Assembly (NCBI RefSeq): GCF_009914755.1
Contig: NC_060927.1
Source of the DNA: the human T2T-CHM13v2.0 reference genome, Homo sapiens
Length of the DNA stretch: 64,000 nt
Reading direction: 5' to 3' (one strand)
The position numbers and the translations under genes are program-made. The notes under the pieces are model-generated. The model ran no database searches. It was given only the letters and a program-made list of their open reading frames with translations, and was not told the DNA's origin. Each line of letters opens with the position of its first letter. Position 1 is the stretch's first letter. Below are positions 43,771-58,520 of this stretch, piece by piece.

Positions 43771-46700
43771 TTAACTCACTCATTTTTAATTCATAAACTC
43801 TGAATCTTAAAATGAGTTTTATATTTACTTAAGTGTCTGAAGGCTAGCGAAAACTTGCAGATGATTCATTTTATGTATATGGATTTTCCCTTGCTCTTTT
43901 AATTTTTACAGTTTCAGAAATCATGTCAGATATGCACTTGAATAACTTACCAGTTATCAGAAAGCTTATTGTTATGGTTTTAACCAGATGGATGTCATCA
44001 GCTCAAGGTCTAAAATGTTGAATATTATTCCTGTTCAATCAGATCTTTTGTGACCAGGAATAATTTAATTAAGTTCTACTCTAAGAGATAGTGCAGTGGC
44101 AATTTATGTTTTTGAATCAAATGGAAGAGATTAATGTAAATTTCTTGGCTTGCACTTTCTAAATATATTTTCTAGTTTATCTAGTCTGAAATATGTTACC
44201 AACATTGTTGAGCTCTGGACAGCTGGCTAAATGCAAGCTATTTTCCCCCGAGAGCCATATGCTCCGGGAATCACTCTGCTGATAGATTTATAACCCTTTG
44301 CTGTGATCAGGAGAAAGTAGGTTTGTCTAACATATACTATACACAATCCAGGCACAACTAGGAAAAGCAACAATTTATTGCCACTTTTTTGATCTTATGA
44401 ATACAAAAAGGACAGAAAGTAGATTGTCAAGGTGGAAAAAGACAGACTATATAGTGCTGTTTTTAGGAGATCACATTTTTTCTGAAACATCTCTTTGTTT
44501 AATCCATTTATTGCTTTAAAATATGAGGGCAATTTTCCTGATAAATTGAATTTGCTTCTCTAACTTCTACATCAAAATCACTCATAGTACAACATCCTAA
44601 TATTTAAAAGTTAGAGAAAAAAATCTTCTTAATAACCTTATTGTCTCCATGATGCAATATTTGTCTGATTTAGTGCTACAATGTGTTCTTTTTCATGATG
44701 AGTTGCTATGGTAAATGGTCAAAAATCAGTAGTTTCACTGTCATGTTTCTTAGTTTTAATGGACCATATACTACGAGGAGACATAAACTGGTGTATATAA
44801 CAGTACAAATATGTTGGTGAAGGAACTAATTCATGCTTATATTTGAACACAGAGAATCAGTCTGGCCTTAAAAATATAATTCATCAAAACCTTTGTTTCA
44901 ACATTTCTGCTTTTGCATTATTAAAAGGAATTTCTGATAACCTCATTTCCTGTATAGTCTGAAGGGGCCACGCTGGTCAGGTTTCCAGTCTACTTTATCA
45001 TTCACAATGTCTTTAGCTCCATGGAAATGAGCAAAATAGATATAGGAGAAAAAGTGGGTTCCAATAATAATGATGATAATATTCACCAGGTGTTATACTG
45101 TTACCAATTTTTCCCAACTCAGAAAGAGCTTCTTTGGTGTCATTTCAAACACCTAAGTGCTTTCACTAGTAGGAGCACTGGAACAGTGAGCAAGGATGAA
45201 TTGCCAGGTCATCTTCATACATTCAAGTCATCTGAGGATTTTGAGGAAAGATAGCTCTCCCTTGACCCAGAAGACCTCTGTGAATTGCATTTAGTCAGAG
45301 ATACTGGAAAATAAAAGACAAACAAATACAGTAGGGGGTTGATGGGATGGCAGCAACTTCATTAGAGAACTAAAACTTAAGAATGGTTTAAATGTAAGAA
45401 TATTAAAAAGTCATAGTTTCTTCTAGTGTTTCCAGTTTTATTTATTAGGTGCAGAGCCCCAGGAGAGGGAAAATACTGTGCATAGAACAGAAGGCAGAGA
45501 TCCCATGAGTAGCCAAGTTTCACCTAAACTCCCCCATTCCAAGAGTACCAGCTTCAACCAAAGATACACTTTGTATGGCAGAAGTATTTTCAAAATCAGA
45601 AGGATGCTGAGAGATTCTCCCATTTTACAAATGATGGAACAAGAGGTACTAACTTGTCCCAGCTCTCCCAGATTAAATGCCCCCTTCTACTTTTAGAGCC
45701 TTCACAAAAAGACAACTGAATTCTTTCCTCTGTAACCTCTTACAGAGCATATTATTGTAAACTATCATGACATTTCTCCTAACATCTAGTATGAATCACT
45801 CATACTGTAGTTTATTATGTTTCTTCTAAGAAATAGAATAGAACAATATACATATATTCTTGTTTGTGCATCTTTCTCTCTCAAAAACAGTCTTGAACTT
45901 AAGATGTGATTTGGAAGAATCCATTTTTAGAACTGACAAAAAAAATCTTATTCACACACTCCATTAACCCTTCTTTTTCAAGAAGGTCCTTCCTTCACTC
46001 CACTAAAGCTGAAGCATTTCTTTTTACAGACTGTTCTCCTACAAGCATATTGTTGCCTTTAAATTTTTAACAGGAATCTTTTTATTTATGCTGACTTTGA
46101 TAATCAAGACTATCTGAAATGTATCAAAAATACCTAATTTTAAATTTTTTTCACAGCTTTCTTGAGAATTGCTCTGCAGAATGACAACATTAAATTCATA
46201 AAACAATGGAAATTAAGACTTGCAAGGGAAAAGGACCTTTGGAAACTCTCTTTGAAACTGCTTGAGAACAGGGAATGTTTGGCAAGAATTTATCTCTGGA
46301 TAACAATGTAACACAATTGTTGTGCAGAGTCTTAATTATGAAAGTTAAATTTCCCTTATCAGGAATGTGTAAACTAATGAATCTAGTTATTAGTTCACAC
46401 ATTAGACCATATGTTGTTTGCAATAGAAAAAAGGAGTATTTTTTCCCCTCTAGGGAGAATCAGCCAAGTTATAGAATATGTTTTTAAAACTATATATTTG
46501 TTAAGCATTAAACACATACAGTTCAGAGAGGACCTCTCTAGTACACCTACATACTGTAGGTATACAATGAAGGTATGACTCTCCAGTTGCCTTATAAAAA
46601 AGAATCACATAGCACGCAGTTACCAAATTATTGAGGTATCCAAAAGTAGCTACGTAACACTTTTGATGTCTATTTATTTATTTATTTATATTGCTTTTTA

Positions 46701-46897
46701 AATATTTTATTTTATTTTAAGTTCCAAGATACATGTGCAGGATGTGCAGGGTTGTTACACAGGTAAATATGTGCCATTGCCTAGGTAATAAGCCCTGCAT
46801 GCATTAGCTATTTATCCTGATGTTCTCTCTCCCTCTGCTGCCCCGACAGGCCCCAGTGTGTGTTGTTCCCCACCATGGGTCCATTTGTTCTCATTGT

Positions 46898-50699
<3,802 letters not shown>

Positions 50700-50759
50700 C
50701 ATGTCAGCTGGTTATTTTGCAGACTTGTTGATGTAGTTGCTTCGTAGTGTCATTGGTCT

Positions 50760-51806
50760 TTGCACTTCAGTGTGTTTTTGCAGTGGCTGTTAAGTTTTTC
50801 CTTTCCATATTTAGCACTTCATTCAGGAGCTGTTGCAAGGCAGGCCTGGTGGTGATAAATTCCCTAGGCATTTTGCTTATGTGAAAAGGAATCTATTTCT
50901 GCCTTAAAGGATTTTATTTTATTTCTTCACTTATGAAATGAAGTGAAGTTTGGCTGGATATGAAATTTTGGGTTGAAATTTTTTTCTTTAAGAATGTTCA
51001 ATATTGAACCCCGGTCTCTTCTGGCTTTTAGGGTTTCGGCTGAGAAGGTCCACTGTTAGTCTAATGGGCTTCCCTTTATAGGTGACCTGGCCTTTGTCTC
51101 TGGCTGCCTTTAACATTTTTTCCTTCATTTTGACCTTGGAGAATCTGATGATTATATGTCTTGGAATTAATCTTCTCATGGAGTATCTCACTGGGGTTCT
51201 GTGGATTTTCTGAATTTGATTGTTGGCCTGTCTTGTTAGGTTGGGGTGTTCTCCTGGATGACATCCTAAAGTGTGTTTTCCATCTTGGTTCTGTTCTCCC
51301 TGTCTCTTTCAGGTATCCCAATCAGTCATAGGTTTGGTCTTTTTACATAATCTCATAGTTCTAGGAGGTTTTGTTCATTCTCTTTCATTGTTTTTTCTCT
51401 AATCTCGTTTGCCTTATTTCAGGAAGAGAGTCATCAAGCTATGAAATTCTTTCCTTCACTTCATCAGTTCAGCTATTGATATTCGTGGTTGCATTGTGAA
51501 GTTTCATGTTGTGTTTTTCAGCTCCATTGGGTAATTTAGATTCCTCTCTAAACTGGTTTTTCTGGTTAACAGCTCCTATAATGCTTTATCATGGTTCTTA
51601 GCTTCTTTGCATTGGGTTAGAATATGCTCCTGTAGCTCAGTGAAGTTCGTTACTACCCTCCTTCTGAAGCCTACTTCTGTCAGTTAATCTATATCAGCCT
51701 CTGCCCAATCCTTTGCTCTTGCTGGAGGTGTTGCGATCATTTGGAGAAGAAGAAGCACTCTATTTGAGTTTTCAGCATTTTTTTATTGATTCTCTCTCAT
51801 CTTCAT
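50760..51806 (-). pseudogene. L1 ORF1 remnant, disrupted
   Basis: MKMRENQ followed by an early stop; PRHIIIRFSKVKMKEKMLKAARDKGQVTYKGKPIRLTVDL fragment. Confidence 0.85.
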
Positions 51807-52562
51807 GGGTTTATATGGCTTCAATCTTTGAGGCTGCTGTTCTTTGGATTGGGTTTTTGTGGGGGATTTTTTGTTAATGTTGTTGTTTTGCTTTCTGTTT
51901 GTTTTTCTTTTAACAGTCAGGTCCCTCTTCCATAGGGCTGAGGTGGTTTGCTGGGGGTCCATCCAGACCCTATTCACTAGGGTCCCTCCTGTACCTGGAG
52001 GTGTCACCAGTGGAGGATGCAGAATAGCAAAAATGGCTGCCTGCTCCTTCCTCTGGGATCTCTATACCAGAGGTGCACCAACTTGATGCCAGTGGGAATG
52101 CTCCTGTATAAGGTGTCCAGTGACCCCTGTTGGGGGTTCTCACCCAGTCAAGAGGCACAAGATCCAGAACTGCTTAACAAAACACTCTGGCTGCCCCTTG
52201 TCAGAAGGGGTGTGCTGTGCTGGGGGAAATCCCACTCATCCAGATTGCCTGGATTCTTCGGAGCCAGCAGGGGAATGACAAAGTGTGCTGATTTGTGGAA
52301 ACTGCAGCCGCACCTCCCTGTAGGGGCTCATCCCCAGGGAGATCAGAGTTCTGTGCCTAAACCCCTGGCTGGAGTTGCTGAAATTCCTGAAGGGAGGCCC
52401 TGTCTGGTGAGGACAGATGGGTCAGGGTCCAGCCTAAATAGGCAGTCTGGCCATAATCGGCCATGGCCACTGTGCTGCACCATGGGTAATTCCCCCTAGG
52501 TCCAAACCATCTAATCTCCCTAGCACCAGCAGGGGAAAAAATAGCAGACTGGAGCTGCAGTG

Positions 52563-52814
52563 ATGGCAGCCGCCCCTCCCCCCAGGGATCTCAGTCATCT
52601 TAAGCAGCAGGCAACCACACAGATGATGTTCTCCTCCCCTCAGGAACTCAGTAGTCTTAGGCAGTCTGTGGCCAAGTGGCTGCAGATAATCTGCACAGCT
52701 CTGTGCTTGAGACCCAAGGCCCTGGTGGCATGGGCTCATAAGGGGGAATCTCCTGATGTGCAGGCTGCACAAATCCATGAAAAAAAGTGTGGTTTCCCCG
52801 GCAGGGTAGCATGA
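52563..52814 (+). CDS. Putative L1 ORF0-like antisense ORF, 83 aa (MAAAPPP...KKCGFPGRVA)
   Basis: Antisense in the L1 5'UTR at the ORF0 position; Kozak gtgATGG; both ends in frame with L1HS ORF0 as recalled (MAGAPPP; EKRNIRVGVT). No expression evidence. Confidence 0.4.
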   Translation: MAAAPPPRDLSHLKQQATTQMMFSSPQELSSLRQSVAKWLQIICTALCLRPKALVAWAHKGESPDVQAAQIHEKKCGFPGRVA

Positions 52815-55800
52815 TCACTCACAGCCTCCCTTGGCTGGGGGTGGGAGTTCCCCTTGCCCTGTGTGGCTCCCAGGTGGGCCATCACACCAGCTTGCTTTTC
52901 CTCACTCTCTGTGGGTCGCACCAACCACCTGGTCAGTCCCAGTAAGAGAACCTGGGCACCTCAGTTGCTGGTGCAGGATTCACTGACTGTTTTTGTTCTT
53001 CTCAGTGGGAGCCTCCATTTGCAGCTGTTTTTAGCTGGCCATCTTGGTCCCTCCTTCCTAATTTCTTTTGATGTCTTTTTCAATCCAAACACAGAGATAT
53101 TGAGTAGAACATCTTGTTGACTAAAAGAATGACTTTGGAGCATTGTGGGCATTATTTCTCTCTTTGTCACTTTCCTTCTAGCAAAAGTTTAGTATCTGGC
53201 ATTATATAGCTGATGCTAATTTAATGCTCAAGATGATGTGTCAAGCCTTTTTGGCAACTTTGATAAAGAGTTCTTTAGGTGCTGTCATTGTTTCATAGTG
53301 CTGGAGTTGGAGAAGTCCTTGGGTGTCATCCAGTTCAGTCATCTCTTTTCCCAGGTAAGAAATTCAGTAGAGACAAGTTGAGTACTTGCACAGGACATCC
53401 AGCTTGCTAATGGTAGAGCTTCAAAGAAAACCCAGATCTTCCAACTCACACCCTAGTGCTCTCTGACTACAGTTCACCAAAGCTGCCCCTTGGGCCTCTG
53501 AGTTGGAGGTGGGGAGAACTTCTAGTTCAAAGTCATGGTGTCATGTTGGCACCATGTCAAACTCAATGTACTGTAACCCCAAACACTGGAGGAGTGAAAT
53601 AAGGCCTGGGTCCCATAATAAGAGTGCAAAAGCACTAGGGAGTGCTCTCTGGGAGATCACATGGAACCCCATGGAGAGAGGGGGAAAATAAAACAATTTC
53701 TGGGCTTGGGGAACATGTGACCCTCTTTTTTGGTCTGGCTCCTTTATACTTGAAGCTGGTAAGGCCTTGAGTAAGGCCTTTAGTGGTTACATTTCAGTGC
53801 CTTAAACAACAAAAGCTACTATTGAGTGCCTGTTATATGTCAGAAACTACGTTAAATTTTAACTGCCTTATATAATTTAATCACCACAAAATTTCTGTGT
53901 AGAAGATATTATTGCTATTATCCCCAGGCTGTACTTCCAAACTTCCATCCTGAGCCTGCTTTCCCAGAACTTCATATCTAGTTTTTGCCTCTTTGTCTAG
54001 CAACTATACTGTGTTTGGCTCTTCATTCTGGCTGCACCATGGACAATCATACGAAGGACTAATCTCCTTCAAATCTATTTCTTACTCAAGCTCCAGAAAC
54101 CTTTCACTGGTCTGGTCTTCAGACCAGACTGAAGCTTCAGAACATCCTGGAAATAAAATCTGCTGGTCTTGGACCTAGAGCCTCTGTTGTGAAGCTCCCT
54201 CTTTCTGAGAGCTGGGAAAACCCACTGACCCCACCAGCCTTTGCAATCCGTCATATAGTTGTGATTCAATGTCAATTTGTCAGCTATTAAATTCTGTCTA
54301 TTCAGGTAGTGATATGATGTGACAGTACAAAGTTCACTAGCTCAGAAGTTGTTCTGGGTTTGAGATTCCCTTGAGTCCAAAACTAGCTATTTGACCAAAG
54401 TTCTCAAAATACTTCATGCTATTTTGCTCTTTTGTGACATTGCACACACTATTTTCTCTACTTAGATCCCCTTTCTTCCTTTATTTATCTGGGAATGTTA
54501 CACTCATCTTTCAAGCTTCAGCTCAAATATCTATATTGTTGAGACTTTCCCAAGCACTCTGCTCCTTTCCCACTGCTGAAAGGCTGTATATGTAGAGGAA
54601 GAAAGGAAATTTTAAAAATATGGAGTTCTAAACTTATCAGGAACCTTAGAGATCATTTAATCAAAATTTCTAAACTTTTTGATGCAGAACAGAAATTAGG
54701 ACCCAGGTTTCCTTACTTCTAATCCAAGGCTGTCTTCCTCACACTAGGTTGTGGCTGTATCAAATTGTGAGTTTAATATTCTATATGCAGAGAAGATGCA
54801 TATGGTTTGTGGCCCCAGGACCCCCCAATATTGCAGTGTGTAGAACAACAACTGCTCTTGATAGCGAGGTTGAGATGAGCATTCCACTTTGTGTTTCTGA
54901 ACTGAGGCATATTAATGGAGCAGACTGAATGTTAGAATAATATTATAAAAAAAAGGGCAGCATAACCTGCCTGCCCAAGAATATGCACATCACTGAAAAA
55001 TGAGGGAAAAGCAATAGGACCAATGAGGAGAGAGATAGTTCCATAAGAAAAATGATGACAAATTGATCTTTTGAATTAACACATAAAGGAAGGATCTCTA
55101 GCACACTGGTTCCTCTATAGCTAGCAGTTAAATGTCTACCTGTAGTTAGAAAAAGTATTCACTGGACAGTAAAGTGACCAGTAATGTTTGAGAAAATAAA
55201 AAGCTGTTTAAAAGGAATAATAGCTTCAAACAGGCAGTAAAAAGTTCAGAGAACTCATCAACAAAACAAAAGCAAGCAACTTGCTAAAGACAATTCATTC
55301 TAAATGTATCTTTGTCTCCAGAGGGCAAAATATTGAGAGCAAATTCTCCAACAATTGAATTTATGGTAATGGAATGTAAGCACATCAGCCCACCAGGACA
55401 AAGCACTCAACAAATAGGAGAACAGGAAAAAAATAACTGTGCCCTTCAGAAATGCATTTTTTAACTTTAGGTAACAGGAGTTGAGAGATTTCTTGATGAA
55501 AAATGCCTGAAGTCTGCTATCGCATTAGCCTTTATGGTTGAGAATTAGAGGATTCACTAAAAGCACCCAGAGATCAAAGCAGAAGGTGAATGCCCTGAGT
55601 CTAATAGAGTGTCAGACACATGAGGAGAAGCAAAGGCACGTTTTCTGTGAATGCCAAGTGCATGTTCCATAGGATAAAAGGAGGACAGCTGTTTGTTATC
55701 CCCTGATGCGGTTATCTTGACAAACTTTTTGGCAGTTGTTTCATCTTTACTGCATAAGATAAAAATAGTAATATCTGTTAGGGCTGTACAGTTTTTTAAA

Positions 55801-56126
55801 TGCCTCAACTTACATGACTTTTAATAGTCTGTGCTCACAGTTACCTTGTGAGTTAATGCATTTTTATTGTCTGAGCTGATCTGTAGCAAGTCATAACCCC
55901 TTCTAATTTGTCCCCAGCTGTCACCCACTTCCATGGGATCCTAGCCCTGTTCCTTCCTGTTAAGCTAAGGCCTGACTTGGTCTCTGACCCTTAACTCTTC
56001 ACTCCCCTTTTCTGACCTGCCTCTGCTCTTTGAACTTTTAAAAATGCTCATGGCTCACAGCCAAACACTCCGAAGATTTGAAATCAGCGATCTAATTCTT
56101 TATGCTTTTCATGCCTCTTCTCCCAG

Positions 56127-56216
56127 GAAATTCTTTCCTAAACCCCACCAGTGGGTGGGAAATAAACCCTAGTAATTCCATGATTGGGCAATATTCTAGC
56201 TGGGCTTATATTTTAG
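56127..56216 (+). other. Candidate 90-nt cryptic exon
   Basis: Branch CTAAT 56092-56096, tract TCTTTATGCTTTTCATGCCTCTTCTCCCAG, donor TAG|GTAAGG at 56217. Confidence 0.3.
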
Positions 56217-57523
56217 GTAAGGAAACCAAATGTGTTTATTTAAAATCAAGATCACATACCTCATAAATAGATGAGTTACAAACCAAATTAAGCCTATCTT
56301 CAATCATCAAGAGGCTAGCCATTGGCCATCTTTTTTTCTTCTTTTTACTCACCCTCCATGTGTCACTCAATAACAAATTCTATTTCAGTGTAATTAACTG
56401 TACCTCTTCTAAAGAATTCAAGACTGGAGCTGTCTCCTACTTATTAACTTTGTAGTTGTAGAGACAGTGCCATGGGTTGGGTTGCTTTGGCTTGGTACAA
56501 GTTAATGTAAAGATAAGACAGAGTTATATAGTAAATCTACTAATACACATGACTTCTGATAAATTCTCTAAAAGGAATTCAGTTGGTGGCAATAAGGATT
56601 AAGTCACTAGAATGTAGGATGCATAATTATCACCACTTCTAGAGAAGCAATTAAGACACATGTCCTTAGATATCTGGATTTTAGTGTCTTTGAGACATGC
56701 CAAGAAGAGTATATTTCCTAGATATCTCATTGATGAAGCCTAAATGTGATACCTAGAATAGATGCAGTCACTGTAGTTGTGGATGTTAGCTATGACTAGT
56801 ACTCTGAAAATCTTAAGTTTGGTCTAAAACCTGGACCCAAGTTGTCTTTACAGTGTATAACATAGACTAAATATATTTTTTATTTTTATTTCCCTTTCTG
56901 TTAGGTACTTTGAGAAGCTGCCTTTTCTATTAATTAGTTTGTAATACTAACAAAATTGTGGATGTATTTGATTTCAGCATCTCCTCATCTTCCTTTGTCA
57001 GTTCCCTGCTCTAATTTGCCTTCACCCCAGTTTCCCAGGTGACAACCTCCCTCCTGCTGTCCATGGCTGTGCAGTCTCCTGTGATGGACCTTCCTGATGA
57101 TGCTCACTCTCTTAGGGCAATATCCCAGGTGCTGGACTTTTCTTACCTATAAATAAAAAAGAAACCTTCCATTGTCCCATTTCCTTTGGCTCTCTGTTAG
57201 GCAATGTTAAACTAATTGATTCATTTAAGAGTCTAGAGTTCATTATAAGTAAATGTGGGGATATATTCTTTCTAGGGAAACTAATATTTCAACGGGAAAA
57301 TTCCAAAAGCATGACATCTTAAACAAATTAGTGATGCAAATGTCAAGCCCTCTGGCAAGTGGTTGGATCAATGGGATCCTTCTCTTGCCCAAAATACAGA
57401 CACTCTGCCTAATTATAAGGCAGGTCATGATTTTGACCAACAAATCTGTTTCTAATGCTTCATTTAATGTGGAGATTTTAAGGTAAGAGTAAGTGCACTG
57501 ATTTAAATTTTATTTTCATAGGA

Positions 57524-57794
57524 CCTCCAGCGGGGTACCGGCCTGAGTGTGGGCCTGAGCAGCCTGGCAGCCGGCTGTGCCATCATCTTCGTAGGGGGTG
57601 CCAGTGTGCGGGGCATCGCCTAGCAGCCCCGACTATTTGTGGGCATGATTCTGATACTCGTCTTTGCCGAGGTGCTCGGCCTCTATGGTCTCATCATGGC
57701 CCTAATCCTCTCCACAAAGTAGCCCCTCTCTGAGCCCACCAGCCACAGAATATGATGTAAAGACCACCCCTCCTCATTCCAGAACGAACAGCCT

Positions 57795-57835
<41 letters not shown>

Positions 57836-58241
57836 CGGGCAGCCGCCCCAAGTAGCTGGTCTTTTACATTCACCATACCCCAAGTACCCATCTTCTGCTG
57901 CCCCAGCCTTGCTCTCAGTCTCCCGGTGCCGCGGACATCTGGGCCCACTCATCACCCCGCCAGGTCCCCGGCTGCCTCATCCTCCTAGAGTGCTCTGTAT
58001 ATGCGAATGAATTAGAGTTGTCATTTCTCTTCACTGGATGTTTATTTATAAAGATCTGGCCTGTTCCCGCATCTGGGGAGTCGCCCTCATCTCCCAGGTA
58101 TCTAGAATGTTAGCTAGAGTGTCCCTTATGGCTTCCCGTTACAGAGACTTCCTGGGTGGATCCGCTCTCACCAGCCCTTGCCTCTGCGCAGAGCTGTGGG
58201 CAGTAAACTTCTTGGATGTGAGAAAAAACAAAAACAAAAAA
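57524..58241 (+). pseudogene. ATP6V0C: 5'-truncated retropseudogene of ATP6V0C (V-ATPase 16-kDa proteolipid c subunit): C-terminal coding part, 3'UTR and A-tail
   Basis: 57525-57722 translates [64 protein letters not shown], matching the ATP6V0C C-terminus with a premature TAG at 57621. GC-rich 3'UTR, AGTAAA at 58202 and A-tail 58221-58241 follow. Confidence 0.95.
57796..57833. repeat. (AC)19 microsatellite inside the pseudogene 3'UTR
   Basis: Read directly. Confidence 0.95.
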
Positions 58242-58520
58242 TTAGAGAATCTCTTTTATCTTCCCTAGGAGTAACTGCAATTTAATTGTTCTTTCTCAGT
58301 TGTGTGTACATAAATGTGTATATGTGCTTATGGCTGTGTGTACAAAATATACCTTTATAGAACCACACATTTCCCCAGCACTCCAAAGAGAATCAGTGTC
58401 CAATTTAATTGCTGTCCTAGATGTGTGTTCTCTCAACAACTGTCTGGAAATGGTAACCATGACACGTTACTGCTCCACATTAATGGTAATCTGTCTACTG
58501 GCTTTTTTGATCAGTCTAAT

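Noticed and set aside
53279-53360. Exon ending at CAG|GTAAGA (53355)
   Set aside because: The donor lies in MIR-like sequence and the upstream acceptor is weak; such sites are common by chance.
57253-57521. 77-aa ORF spliced via AAG|GTAAGA (57483) to the acceptor at 57521
   Set aside because: The intron would be only 39 nt, below the practical minimum for human spliceosomal introns.
57525-57722. Functional ATP6V0C paralogue
   Set aside because: The N-terminal ~90 codons are absent, there is an in-frame TAG at 57621, and there are several non-conservative changes.
57683-57955. Minus-strand ORFs with CVCVCV runs (also 32753-33025, 63212-63431)
   Set aside because: Translations of CA/TA microsatellites.
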